Counted from the first letter of the stretch, positions 1-9,586 are shown. The stretch is 64,000 nt of DNA from an uncultured Gemmatimonadales bacterium (GCA_963707505.1 CAVPQB010000006.1:224001-288000), one strand, 5' to 3'. The notes: a model not told the origin generated them from the letters alone. Program-made: numbers and translations.

Positions 1-27
1 CTCGCCGCCGAGGTCACTATCAGATGA
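1..27 (+). CDS. flgI: 3' end of probable flagellar P-ring protein FlgI (partial)
   Basis: Reads LAAEVTIR*, like the FlgI C-terminus; its TGA overlaps the flgJ ATG (ATGA at 24-27); flgI-flgJ is the usual order. Confidence 0.55.
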   Translation, partial: LAAEVTIR

Positions 28-381
28 CGCCGATCGGCGGGCCGGCACCAGTCCGTAACAGTACGCCTATGGATCCCGTCGCAGCTGCCCAGGATGCCAA
101 GCTACACAAGGTATCGAGCCAGCTGGAGGGCGTCTTCGTGCAGGAGATGTACAAGTCGATGCGCGCGACCGTACCAAGCGGACGGACTGTTCGACGGTGG
201 AACTGGTGAAGAAATGTTTACAGGAATGCTGGACGAACACGTTGCTGCCGATACTCCACAACACTGGAAGCATGGCCTGAGTGAGTCGATATACCGGCAA
301 CTCCGGGAGAAGATACACGCTCAGAATCCATCGCTTCCACCTGACAGCAGCCTCGTGACGGCGACCAGCGTGGACAAGTGA
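24..381 (+). CDS. flgJ: Flagellar rod-binding protein (short FlgJ, no muramidase domain), split by a frameshift near 176-180
   Basis: Frame A: KLHKVSSQLEGVFVQEMYKSMRATVP; frame B continues DGLFDGGTGEEMFTGMLDEHVA...GLSESIYRQL, giving the complete Rod-binding motif. Confidence 0.8.
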
Positions 382-448
382 AGCACATCGCAGGGTACAG
401 CGCAGAGCACATCGTGTTGATCACGCAGTCGATCGAGAGACTATCGTA

Positions 449-1006
449 ATGATGCAGACGTATCAGGAACACCCGGTCCAGGAAGGCAACTTCCGGACGA
501 GCACCGCGCCGGTGTCACCCGCCGCGCTGGACGCGCTGTGCGATGCGCTGCTATCCGAGCACAAGCTCATCGACGATCTCACCGAGGTCGTTCTGCGCCA
601 GCGCTCCGCTGTTGCCATAGACGACCTGCAGGCGGTCGACGATTCCGTATTCGCCACACACCGTCTCCTTCTCACGCTTGGCGAGGCACGCAAGCGGCGC
701 CGGTCACTCAACGCGATGGTCGGCTGCAAGGAAGAGACGGGCGTCAAACACCTTGAAGACGCACTGGGCAAGTGGATGACGCCGCGTCTTCGCCACGCTC
801 GCGAGGAGCTGCAGATCGCCGCATCGCGCCTCTCACGCGAAATAGGCATCAACCGACGCATCCTGCGCGAAGCGATCTCGAATAGCGATTCGTTCGTCAG
901 AGCTGTCGTCGGCGCACCTACAGACGCAACCCAACAGGGCTACGGCTCGGCAACTCCGTCCGCTTACACGCGCAGCGACGCCATCGCCTTCTCGCGCACC
1001 GCATAG
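449..1006 (+). CDS. flgN: Flagellar export chaperone FlgN-like
   Basis: 185 aa helical protein directly upstream of flgK, with an INRRILREA motif. Confidence 0.7.
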   Translation: MMQTYQEHPVQEGNFRTSTAPVSPAALDALCDALLSEHKLIDDLTEVVLRQRSAVAIDDLQAVDDSVFATHRLLLTLGEARKRRRSLNAMVGCKEETGVKHLEDALGKWMTPRLRHAREELQIAASRLSREIGINRRILREAISNSDSFVRAVVGAPTDATQQGYGSATPSAYTRSDAIAFSRTA

Positions 1007-1014
1007 GGCCGATC

Positions 1015-2451
1015 ATGTCAATCAATTCCATCTTCAATACGGCAACGCTTGCCATCCAGGCACAGCAAGCAGCCATCGATACGGCGGCGCATAACATCGC
1101 GAACGCAGGTGTCGCGGGCTACAGCCGCCAGGTGGTAAATCTTCAGCCCAATACGCCGCTCTACACACCGACTGGCGCGATCGGCACCGGCGTGGTCGTC
1201 CAGGATATCTCTCGCGTCCGCAATACGATGCTGGACACCAACTACCGCGCTCAGTCCTCGCAGGCGGCAGGTTACTCCACGCGCGGCGACATCCTCACGT
1301 CGATTGGACAGGTCTTCGGCGAGCCTTCCACCACTGGACTGTCCAGCACACTGGATCAGTTCTACGCCTCATGGGGCGATCTGGCCAACAATCCGACCAG
1401 CTCGGCGGCCAAGAGTGTCGTGCAGGAACGCGGCTCGCAGGTCGCGTCGATGCTCAATCAGTTCTCGACGAACCTGGATCAGCTGTCGTCCAACACGATG
1501 ACAGACGCCACGCAGAAAGTAAGCGACATCAACCAGTACACGGCGCAGATCGCGAACATCAACAAGCAGATTGTGGCAGCCGAAGCAGACGGCAAGACAA
1601 CGGCGAACGATCTGCGTGACATGCGTGACAACGCAATCGACGCACTGAGCAAGATCGTGCCGGTACGCGTGATCGATCAGCCGAACGGATCTGACACGGT
1701 TTACGTTGCCGGAGCAACAGTTGTCGATGGCTCCTCCGCTTCGACGTTCAGCCTGCAGCAATCCAGCGGCAAGGTCACGCTTCAGCTCAACGGGCGCGCG
1801 TTCTCCACGCAGTCGCCCGGCGGCGCATTGGGCGCCGATCTCGACGGCCTGAACAGCGATATTCCGAACGCCAAGAGTCAGCTCGATACACTCGCGGCTG
1901 GCATCGTCACGAGTGTGAACACGATTCACACTACAGGATGGACAGCGGCCGGTGATGCCGCGGGCGGCTCCAACTGGAACGCCTCCGCGCCGCCGACTGG
2001 CTCGAACATCAATTTCTTCGATCCCACCAAGACGACCGCTGCAAGCATCAGCCTGTCATCGCAGGTTGCTGCAAATGCGTCGTACATTGCGGCCGGCGAC
2101 ACACAGGGCGCCACTGGCAACAACAATGTCGCGAACGCCATGGCCGCTCTCGGAAGCGCCATGACGACGATGACGAAGTACGGATCGACGACCGAGACCA
2201 CCTCGATCAGCGAGTTCTATCGCGATCTCGTCACGCGCGTTGGAGTCGCGACCAGCGATGCCACATCATCGGCGACGGTGTACCAGACACTCACGCAGCA
2301 GGCTGATACGCAGCGTCAGAGCGTGAGCGGAGTATCCACCGATGAAGAGCTCATCTCGCTGACGAAAAGTCAGCAGGCGTATGCCGCAGCGGCCAAGGTC
2401 ATCACGACCGCGGCCAGCATGTCGCAGACTCTGCTCGACATGATTCGGTAG
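1015..2451 (+). CDS. flgK: Flagellar hook-associated protein 1
   Basis: N-terminal AHNIANAGVAGYSRQ, internal NDLRDMRD, C-terminal RQSVSGVSTDEE...QQAYAAAAKVI. Confidence 0.95.
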   Translation: MSINSIFNTATLAIQAQQAAIDTAAHNIANAGVAGYSRQVVNLQPNTPLYTPTGAIGTGVVVQDISRVRNTMLDTNYRAQSSQAAGYSTRGDILTSIGQVFGEPSTTGLSSTLDQFYASWGDLANNPTSSAAKSVVQERGSQVASMLNQFSTNLDQLSSNTMTDATQKVSDINQYTAQIANINKQIVAAEADGKTTANDLRDMRDNAIDALSKIVPVRVIDQPNGSDTVYVAGATVVDGSSASTFSLQQSSGKVTLQLNGRAFSTQSPGGALGADLDGLNSDIPNAKSQLDTLAAGIVTSVNTIHTTGWTAAGDAAGGSNWNASAPPTGSNINFFDPTKTTAASISLSSQVAANASYIAAGDTQGATGNNNVANAMAALGSAMTTMTKYGSTTETTSISEFYRDLVTRVGVATSDATSSATVYQTLTQQADTQRQSVSGVSTDEELISLTKSQQAYAAAAKVITTAASMSQTLLDMIR

Positions 2452-2499
2452 CTCTTTCGCTAGCTTAGTCCGGCAACCGGGTTATCTTCCGCGTATCCC

Positions 2500-2742
2500 A
2501 TGCTGATTCTGGGGCGGCGGCCCGGAGACACGCTAATCATCGACGGTGGCATCAAGATCGTCGTGCTCCAATGCGACCGCAGCGGCGTGCGTCTGGGCAT
2601 CGAAGCGCCCAGCGACGTGACGATTCTGCGCGGCGAGATAGTCAACCAGATCGCGGACGAGAACAAGCGCGCCAATGTGGTCTCCGAAGCGAAGGAGTGG
2701 GCCACGACGATTCCGCTCAAAAAGACAGAATCGCCGCGTTAA
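2500..2742 (+). CDS. csrA: Carbon storage regulator CsrA
   Basis: MLILGRRPGDTLIIDGGIKIVVL...VRLGIEAPSDVTILRGEI. Confidence 0.92.
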   Translation: MLILGRRPGDTLIIDGGIKIVVLQCDRSGVRLGIEAPSDVTILRGEIVNQIADENKRANVVSEAKEWATTIPLKKTESPR

Positions 2743-2749
2743 TTTCGCT

Positions 2750-3319
2750 TCAACTCCGGCCGGCGCTGAGCAGGCGCGCTCGCACCACCGATGATCCGAC
2801 GCGAATCAGCAGATCATCTACATCGCACGAAAACACGATCGGAATTCGAGCCGATGTGTCCGGCCCACCGGCGCTACCGTCTGGCCCAGCCACCGTCGAC
2901 GCCGCCGACACGAGTGCGGCCACGATTTCATGGGTAAGCGCAGTCGGTCGCGCTATGACCGGCGGCACCTCTCGTCTCCCCTCTACCTCGAAACGAACGT
3001 TCCGGCAGGCCGGATGAAGCCTGGCGAGGGAGATTGCGTCGTCGGTCGCCCGCGTAGCTTCGAGCGCCTCCTCACCCTCGTCGTCCGGCACCGCTAGCAG
3101 TCGCAATAGCCGAATTCCCTCCTCCAGCCTCGGGACTTCGTCGGCCAGGGCACGCAATATCGGCGGAATTGTCGGATCCCCAGACAGAATGTCTGAAACT
3201 CCGGCAAGCGTAGCTACGCGATTGCTGATGTTGTGGGTGACGCCAAGTAGCAATTTGTCGAGCACCGTCGCCCAATCTTCTGGGCGTCCGGCGCGGGTAT
3301 CCATGTCCAGTTTTGCCAT
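2750..3319 (-). CDS. Degenerate histidine-kinase-like protein (H-box plus truncated ATPase fold)
   Basis: LLLGVTHNISNRVATL resembles an H-box; no N/G1/G2 ATP-binding boxes; 189 aa. Confidence 0.5.
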   Translation of the reverse strand: MAKLDMDTRAGRPEDWATVLDKLLLGVTHNISNRVATLAGVSDILSGDPTIPPILRALADEVPRLEEGIRLLRLLAVPDDEGEEALEATRATDDAISLARLHPACRNVRFEVEGRREVPPVIARPTALTHEIVAALVSAASTVAGPDGSAGGPDTSARIPIVFSCDVDDLLIRVGSSVVRARLLSAGRS

Positions 3320-3333
3320 CTGTTCGCCGATAC
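3306..3333 (+). promoter_or_regulatory. Candidate sigma-28 (FliA) promoter for motAB
   Basis: TCCAGTTT-N12-GCCGATAC versus consensus TAAAGTTT-N11-GCCGATAA, about 65 bp upstream of motA. Confidence 0.45.
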
Positions 3334-3397
3334 TGACACCTATGCGAAGAACTTGGGCCAGTTACACGCTGGCTGACGGAAGTCAGGAAAGATACGC

Positions 3398-4255
3398 GTG
3401 TTCGTAATCATTGGTTTGGTGGTCGTATTCGGCAGCATCCTCGGCGGATTCATAATGGAGCACGGCAAGGTTGCTGCCCTGATCCAGATATCTGAATTCG
3501 TCGTCATTGGAGGCGCCGCATTCGGATCAATGGTCGTCGGCAACCCGCCGGCGCTCATCAAGCGCGTATTCGGGTCGGTGTTCGGGCTGCTCAAGTCGAG
3601 CCCGTACACGGAAAAGGCGTACGGTGAGCTGCTGCAGCTGTTGTACGACGTTTTCCAGAAGGCGCGCAAGGAAGGCCTGATCGGCCTTGAAGCTCATATC
3701 GAAGATCCGGAGAAGTCCGACATCTTCAACAAATATCCGTCGGTTGCGAAGAACCATCATGCAGTCGCGTTCCTCACGGATACGCTCAAGGTGCTTCTCA
3801 CCGGCGCCGTGGAAGACCATCATCTCGCGGAGATCCTGGATCTCGATCTCGAGCGCCAGCATGAAGAAGCGATGCTCGTGCCCGGCGCGTTGAACAGAGT
3901 CGGTGATGCGATGCCTGGTTTCGGAATCGTCGCCGCCGTGCTTGGCGTCGTGATCACGATGGGATCGATCGGCGGCGCAGCGTCGGAGATCGGCGAGAAG
4001 GTCGCCGCGGCACTGGTCGGAACGTTCCTCGGAATCCTGCTCTCGTACGGCGTGGTCGGTCCGATCGCGTCTGCAGTAGAGACGAGGATACGTGCGGAAG
4101 AGGCATACATGATGTCGATCCGCACTGCCCTGCTCGCGTTTGCGCGTGGCGATTCGCCGATGACAGCTGTCGAATTTGCGCGCCGCAACATAGAGCCAGG
4201 CGATCGTCCAAGCTTCTCGGAGCTCGAGAACTTGACTCGCCGTCGCGCTGCCTGA
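3398..4255 (+). CDS. motA: Flagellar motor stator protein MotA
   Basis: ARKEGLIGLEAHIEDP, DAMPGFGIVAAVLGVVITM, AALVGTFLGILLSYG. Confidence 0.95.
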   Translation: MFVIIGLVVVFGSILGGFIMEHGKVAALIQISEFVVIGGAAFGSMVVGNPPALIKRVFGSVFGLLKSSPYTEKAYGELLQLLYDVFQKARKEGLIGLEAHIEDPEKSDIFNKYPSVAKNHHAVAFLTDTLKVLLTGAVEDHHLAEILDLDLERQHEEAMLVPGALNRVGDAMPGFGIVAAVLGVVITMGSIGGAASEIGEKVAAALVGTFLGILLSYGVVGPIASAVETRIRAEEAYMMSIRTALLAFARGDSPMTAVEFARRNIEPGDRPSFSELENLTRRRAA

Positions 4256-4262
4256 GTAGAAC

Positions 4263-5108
4263 GTGGCAATGCCCGGCAAGGAAAAACAGATCATCCGCAT
4301 CGTCAAGAAAAAGAAAGGACATGTGGCTCATCATGGCGGAAGCTGGAAGGTCGCGTATGCGGACTTCGTAACTGCCATGATGGCGTTCTTCATGGTCATG
4401 TGGCTGTTGAGCATGGACCAGAAGATGAAGGACGCGATCGAAGGCTACTTCTCCAATCCGGTCGGCTTCAAGAAAGGCTTCTCCGCTGGAACGAACATCA
4501 TCTCCAGTGGGAACTCGCCCGCTGGCGAGGTCAAGCCGCCGCTCAGAATTCTGATTCGCACGGCGGAAGAGAAGAAGTTCGGCGATCTGGCCAAGGATCT
4601 TCGCACGAGACTCAACGGCTCGCCCGATCTTCGCGCGCTTGGTGCACACATCGAAGCCGTGCAGACAAAGAGCGGTCTGCGCATCGAGCTGATCGAAAGC
4701 GGCAGCGGCCAGACGTTCTTTCGCAACGGCTCGGCGGAGCCGTTACCGATCACCGTTGCCGCACTGCGTCTGATTGGCGCCGAGCTGAGTCGATTGCAAA
4801 CGCCGATCATCATCGAGGGTCACACCGACTCGCAACAGTTCGGTAGTACGGCGTCCTACACCAACTGGGAGCTGTCTTCCGACCGGGCCAACGCCGCTCG
4901 ACGGCTGGTGGAGGCGGCGGGGGTCGACCCATCACGAATCGTGGAAGTGCGTGGCATGGCTGACAGGGATCTGCGTGTGCCGAGCAATCCCATGGATCCG
5001 GCCAACCGGCGAATATCGATATTGCTTCCATTCACTGTTCTGGCGGGTGATGCAGATCCCGCCGAAGCAGTCTCGGGTGATGCGGAGATCGTGAAGCGGT
5101 CGAGTTAG
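4263..5108 (+). CDS. motB: Flagellar motor stator protein MotB
   Basis: HHGGSWKVAYADFVTAMMAFF plug motif; OmpA-like EGHTD...NWELSSDRANAARR...NRRI. Confidence 0.95.
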   Translation: MAMPGKEKQIIRIVKKKKGHVAHHGGSWKVAYADFVTAMMAFFMVMWLLSMDQKMKDAIEGYFSNPVGFKKGFSAGTNIISSGNSPAGEVKPPLRILIRTAEEKKFGDLAKDLRTRLNGSPDLRALGAHIEAVQTKSGLRIELIESGSGQTFFRNGSAEPLPITVAALRLIGAELSRLQTPIIIEGHTDSQQFGSTASYTNWELSSDRANAARRLVEAAGVDPSRIVEVRGMADRDLRVPSNPMDPANRRISILLPFTVLAGDADPAEAVSGDAEIVKRSS

Positions 5109-5200
5109 CGCCGAGCGCACCATAACCGCGCAGCAGGTGTCTGATATGCACTGGCCGGGAACATTCGGCGGTGCATATTTCGTATGAGGAGCGAAACCCC

Positions 5201-7189
5201 ATGCCCGATCCAACATACACTCGTGAGCAGGAATTCGAGGATGTCCAGCGAGCGCTAGCCGGACAGTACTCACTTCATCGCGAGCTGGGGCGCGGTGGAA
5301 TGGGGGTGGTGTATCTTGCGCGCGAGGTCGAGCTGGATCGATTCGTCGCGATAAAAGTTCTTCCGGCCGCGCTTGCGCTTCGCGCCGACATGCGCGAGCG
5401 GTTCATGCGTGAGGCACGCGCATCTGCGCGGCTTTCACATCCCAACATCGTGGCGATCTTCCGCGTTGGTGAGCAGAACGGCGTTGCGTTCTTCTCGATG
5501 GCGTATGTCGATGGCGAATCACTCGGCGAGCGACTCCGCTCGCGTGGCGTTCTGCCCGCTCGCGAAGTGACTCGCATTCTCCGTGATGCTTCATGGGCGC
5601 TCGCGTATGCACACGCTCAGGGCGTCGTGCACCGTGACGTCAAGCCCGACAACATTCTGATAGAACGTGACAGTGAGCGAGTGTTCGTCACCGACTTCGG
5701 GATCGCCGCTGTGGAAGATGCAGCGACAGCCATTACGGGAGCGCACGAGATCGTCGGCACCGCGCAGTACATGTCGCCGGAGCAGGCGTCGTCCGGCGCG
5801 ATCGACGGACGCGCGGATCTGTATTCACTCGGTATCATAGGATTTCTCGCCACTACGGGCCGGCTGCCGTTCGATGGCAGGACTGCCGCAGTGGTTATCG
5901 CCAAGCAGGTATCGGAACCCGCACCGTCGATGGCGCGCGAGGCCGGGGTTCCGGCACAGCTTGCCGCAGTGATCGACAGGGTTCTGCGCAAGGATCCCGT
6001 CGAGCGATTCGCTAACGGTGAAGCGATGGCCGAGGCGTTGAGTGAGAGTGCTGTCCCGACCCGACGGCTACCGCCAGCCCTTCGACTCTGGGTGGACAAT
6101 CGCGATCCGATGCGTGTGCCGTACAGTGCGTGGTCGTTCGCATTTGGATTCGGCGCAGTGATGACAATTGTTCGGGGTAACTCCGGCTTGCTTCCGTTGA
6201 TCGGGATGGCTGCATTGCCACTCATTCCGCACCTGATCTTCCGCGCGCGTCAGACGCGACGCGTGTTGAGTGCGGGACATGGCGTGGAAGACATGCAATT
6301 CGCGCTGGCCGAGGTAAACGAGCGACGGCGGGAGGAGATGAGCATCGAGCTGCACGAGGGGCAGACTCCGGCGCTCAAGTTTCTGCGGGCGATCACGACA
6401 GCCGTCGTGGTGGCTGACGTCGGACTCGTCATCGGTGCTCAGAGCGTCTCGAACACGTTCCTGAAGACGTTCTACCAGCATCATACGATCGCGACGCGTG
6501 CGGGTTTCGCGGCAGCCGTTCTGCTCCCGCTCATTCTGATTCCGATGAGCATGGCGCTTGGCGTTCCGTTGCTCGGCCGCCGGTTCAAGAACTTCAATTC
6601 CGGGACATTGCGCGAGCGGTTGTGGAACAGTCGCGTCGGCATTGCGGTCGCCAAGTGGCTCCGCCCGAAGAACACCAAGCCGGCGACCGCGTTCGTGTCG
6701 CAGCCCACCGAAGTCGCGCTCGGCAGCGCCGCGGGCAGCCTCTTTACTGCGTTGCCGCAGACCGTTCGCGATCAGTTTCCGGAATTGCCTGGCGTCGTGA
6801 GCGGGCTCGAAGCGCACGCTGCGAAGTGCAGAGTCAGGATTCAGGAACTGGATCGGTTGTATAACGAGGCGATAAACGATACCGCGATCTCGCGGCTTCG
6901 CGGTGCTGATCCATTGAGTGAGGACACGAGCATATCGGCACAGCGCAAGCAGACCGTGGATGAGCTCGATGCTGCACGCGGAATTGCTCGAGCTGATCTG
7001 GCAAATACGGTGGCCGCACTGGAATCCATACGGCTCGATCTGCTCAAGATGCACGCTGGCGGCGATGCGTCGCGCCAGATCGCTACGTCGATCGAAGCTG
7101 CACGTGAGCTGAAGCATGGTCTCGAGCTCGCGCTCTCGGCGAAGCGTGAAGTGAGCTCGATATTGCGGGCGTCGATGGTGGAGGAGTAA
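5201..7189 (+). CDS. Hanks-type Ser/Thr protein kinase with transmembrane segments and helical C-terminus
   Basis: LGRGGMGVVY, VAIK, HRDVKPDN, DFG, GTAQYMSPEQ, followed by several hydrophobic helices. Confidence 0.93.
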   Translation: MPDPTYTREQEFEDVQRALAGQYSLHRELGRGGMGVVYLAREVELDRFVAIKVLPAALALRADMRERFMREARASARLSHPNIVAIFRVGEQNGVAFFSMAYVDGESLGERLRSRGVLPAREVTRILRDASWALAYAHAQGVVHRDVKPDNILIERDSERVFVTDFGIAAVEDAATAITGAHEIVGTAQYMSPEQASSGAIDGRADLYSLGIIGFLATTGRLPFDGRTAAVVIAKQVSEPAPSMAREAGVPAQLAAVIDRVLRKDPVERFANGEAMAEALSESAVPTRRLPPALRLWVDNRDPMRVPYSAWSFAFGFGAVMTIVRGNSGLLPLIGMAALPLIPHLIFRARQTRRVLSAGHGVEDMQFALAEVNERRREEMSIELHEGQTPALKFLRAITTAVVVADVGLVIGAQSVSNTFLKTFYQHHTIATRAGFAAAVLLPLILIPMSMALGVPLLGRRFKNFNSGTLRERLWNSRVGIAVAKWLRPKNTKPATAFVSQPTEVALGSAAGSLFTALPQTVRDQFPELPGVVSGLEAHAAKCRVRIQELDRLYNEAINDTAISRLRGADPLSEDTSISAQRKQTVDELDAARGIARADLANTVAALESIRLDLLKMHAGGDASRQIATSIEAARELKHGLELALSAKREVSSILRASMVEE

Positions 7190-7215
7190 GGCGCGGGATG
7201 CATCCCGCGCCTTAC
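7186..7215. repeat. Perfect 30-bp palindrome (REP-like or bidirectional terminator) between convergent genes
   Basis: GTAAGGCGCGGGATG-CATCCCGCGCCTTAC; contains both TAA stop codons. Confidence 0.8.
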
Positions 7216-7841
7216 TTCCCTTGCCTATTCTCCGCGGTCGCGTCCAGGCTACGCCATAAATACCACGATGCAATCGTGCGATGCGGTGCCCATTTCGCGC
7301 CGACCTCGAGCACGCGCTTCGGAGTTGGAAGCTTGCGCATTCGGTAGGCGCGCTGAATTCCCTTCTGGATTCCGAGATCGAGATCCGGGAGCACATCGGG
7401 GCGTCCGAGCCGGAACATGAGGAACATCTGCGCGGTCCACCGCCCTATGCCCTTGATCGACGTGAGAGCCGCGATGATGTCATCATCGGACAGCTCACCC
7501 AGCTTGTCGATCGGTACATCGCCCGTGTGTACACGGGTCGCGAGATCGCGCAGGTAGCCAATCTTCTGGCGTGAGAGACCGACGGCGCGCATCTGGTCAT
7601 CGGACAGATCGATCAACTTGTGAGCGACCGGAGTCTCGTCGTCGAACAATGCGGCGAAACGGCCGTAGATGGTGGAAGCCGCCTTACCCGAGAGCTGCTG
7701 AAAAACGATCGACCGCGTGATGGCCGTGAAGTGCGCCATGTGCTCGGCGGGCGCAAACGTGCAGGGGCCGACCATGTCGATGACGGCAGCGAGCTTGGGA
7801 TCGGCCTTTCGGAGATGCGTGACTGCGCGTTTGTGGGACAT
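7212..7841 (-). CDS. alkA: DNA-3-methyladenine glycosylase II (HhH-GPD family)
   Basis: SIVFQQLSGKAASTI, GLSRQK, LTSIKGIGRWTAQMFLMFRLGRPDVLPDLDLG, WAPHRT. Confidence 0.9.
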   Translation of the reverse strand: MSHKRAVTHLRKADPKLAAVIDMVGPCTFAPAEHMAHFTAITRSIVFQQLSGKAASTIYGRFAALFDDETPVAHKLIDLSDDQMRAVGLSRQKIGYLRDLATRVHTGDVPIDKLGELSDDDIIAALTSIKGIGRWTAQMFLMFRLGRPDVLPDLDLGIQKGIQRAYRMRKLPTPKRVLEVGAKWAPHRTIASWYLWRSLDATAENRQGK

Positions 7842-8050
7842 GTGACGAAGTTATTCGATCCATCATTTGCGAGGAGCCGGGCGTATGCGGAGGGTGAACG
7901 CGGCGCAGATCGTGCTCCCGGACGGGGAGCCGGCTCCGACTGGGCCGGATTTCGTATCAAAATTGTGATTTCCGCGGGCCGAATCAGGTGACTTTTACCG
8001 TATTGGCCCGCTAACTTTCCAGATTCATCCGAAACCAGGAGTAGCAGTAG

Positions 8051-9586
8051 ATGACGATCTCGTTGCGCAGCGCCATTCCGGCGCTTCTGTGCGCGGCCGG
8101 CTATGCCGGCTTGGCCGGCGCCCAGGGAACGCCAGCGGCAACCGCGCCGACCGCGTCGGCATGTGACCCGGGCGCGAGTCAGGCAGTCGCCAAGGCGACC
8201 TTGTTTCTTCAACAGGCTGCCGCGAGCGTCAATGCGAAGCAGGACGCCACCAAGCCTCTCAAGCTCGCGATCACGGCGCTGACGACGCCGACCAAGGACG
8301 CAAAGGACGCCGCCGATTCTGTCGGACGCGCGTACTATCTGGGTCAGGCGTACATCCTCATGTTGCAACAGACGGGGGTGCCGGCGTCCGGACCGCGCTC
8401 GACTTACGGAATAGCGACGCAGCCGACTGCGAACATCGACCTGCTCTCAGCCGCCGATTCCGCTTTCACCACTGTAGAGAAGGCACAGCCCGGCTGCAAG
8501 TCGGAGATCGAGCAGTGGCGCGAACAGAAGCCATGGCTCGAGTCTGTCAACGCCGCGATTGCGGCCGTCAACGCGGAGCACTACGACTCGGCTGAAGTTT
8601 ACGCCAAGCGTGCGCTGACGATCGACCGGAAGGCGCCGTACGCGTACACCGTGCTTGCATCGGTTGCGTCCAACAAGAAGGATTACGCGACTGCGACCGC
8701 AATGATGCGGAAGGCAATCGAAGCGGCCAGCGCAGATACGATCTACAACGACGCGAAGCAGAACGCGATGTATGATCTCGCGAATACGCTGTCCACGCAA
8801 TATGAGGGAGCTACCGGCGCCGACAAGGCAACGATCGGCAAGCAGGCTATCGACGCGTGGGAGGCTTACATTCCCGTCGGCACGATGGACGCACGCGTCG
8901 GGCATGCGCAGGCACTGGCGTCTCAGATTGCGCTCGCGATAAAGGACACGACCGAGTACGCGAAGATCTATGCGCCAGTCGCGGCGAATCCAGCCAGGTT
9001 CGGCGATCAGGCACTGCTCAACGCGGGTGTAATCGCAACGCAGGCCGAAAAGCCGGACGACGCGATCAAGCTGTTCTCCGCTGTGGTCGCGCGCAATCCA
9101 TATCAGCGTGATGCGCTCAAGAATCTCGCGGCGAGCTACGTCGGCGCCAAGCAGCCTGAGAAGGTTGCGCCTGTCGTCGACAAGCTGGTTGCGCTGGATC
9201 CAAACAGTGCGTCGAACTGGTTGCTGTACGCGTACGGCTACTCGGGCATGCTCAAGGAGACAAAGGATCCCAAGCTGACCAAGGCGTACACGGATTCGCT
9301 GGTGAAGTACAACACCAAGTCCGAGAAGATGACGCCGAACGTCGAGATCCAGCAGTTCGCAGTGGACAGCGCCGCGAAGTCGGCGACGTTGAGCGGAACG
9401 ATCGAGAATCGTGGAACGGCTGCCAAGTCGTACACGATGACTGTTGAATTCCTGGACAGGAGCGGCACTGTTGTAGGGACTCAGTCGGTGACTGTTGGTC
9501 CGGTCGCACCGAAGGCTTCGGCGCCGTTCAAGGCCAGTGCACAGGCATCTGGTGTTGCGGGCTACCGGTACAAGCCGATCGTGTAG
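8051..9586 (+). CDS. Exported TPR protein with C-terminal FxLYD-like beta domain
   Basis: Signal peptide, TPR-like helices (AVVARNPYQRDALKNLA), C-terminal GTIENRG...VEFLDRSGTVVGT. Confidence 0.75.
   Translation: MTISLRSAIPALLCAAGYAGLAGAQGTPAATAPTASACDPGASQAVAKATLFLQQAAASVNAKQDATKPLKLAITALTTPTKDAKDAADSVGRAYYLGQAYILMLQQTGVPASGPRSTYGIATQPTANIDLLSAADSAFTTVEKAQPGCKSEIEQWREQKPWLESVNAAIAAVNAEHYDSAEVYAKRALTIDRKAPYAYTVLASVASNKKDYATATAMMRKAIEAASADTIYNDAKQNAMYDLANTLSTQYEGATGADKATIGKQAIDAWEAYIPVGTMDARVGHAQALASQIALAIKDTTEYAKIYAPVAANPARFGDQALLNAGVIATQAEKPDDAIKLFSAVVARNPYQRDALKNLAASYVGAKQPEKVAPVVDKLVALDPNSASNWLLYAYGYSGMLKETKDPKLTKAYTDSLVKYNTKSEKMTPNVEIQQFAVDSAAKSATLSGTIENRGTAAKSYTMTVEFLDRSGTVVGTQSVTVGPVAPKASAPFKASAQASGVAGYRYKPIV

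Noticed and set aside
170..185. Programmed frameshifting in flgJ (also ABC-F and YheT)
   Set aside because: No slippery sequence is evident and indels are common across the window, so sequencing error is simpler
6068..7396. Long antisense ORF (442 aa) and similar shadow ORFs throughout the window
   Set aside because: They overlap well-supported genes on the other strand or frame and have no motifs, as expected in high-GC DNA
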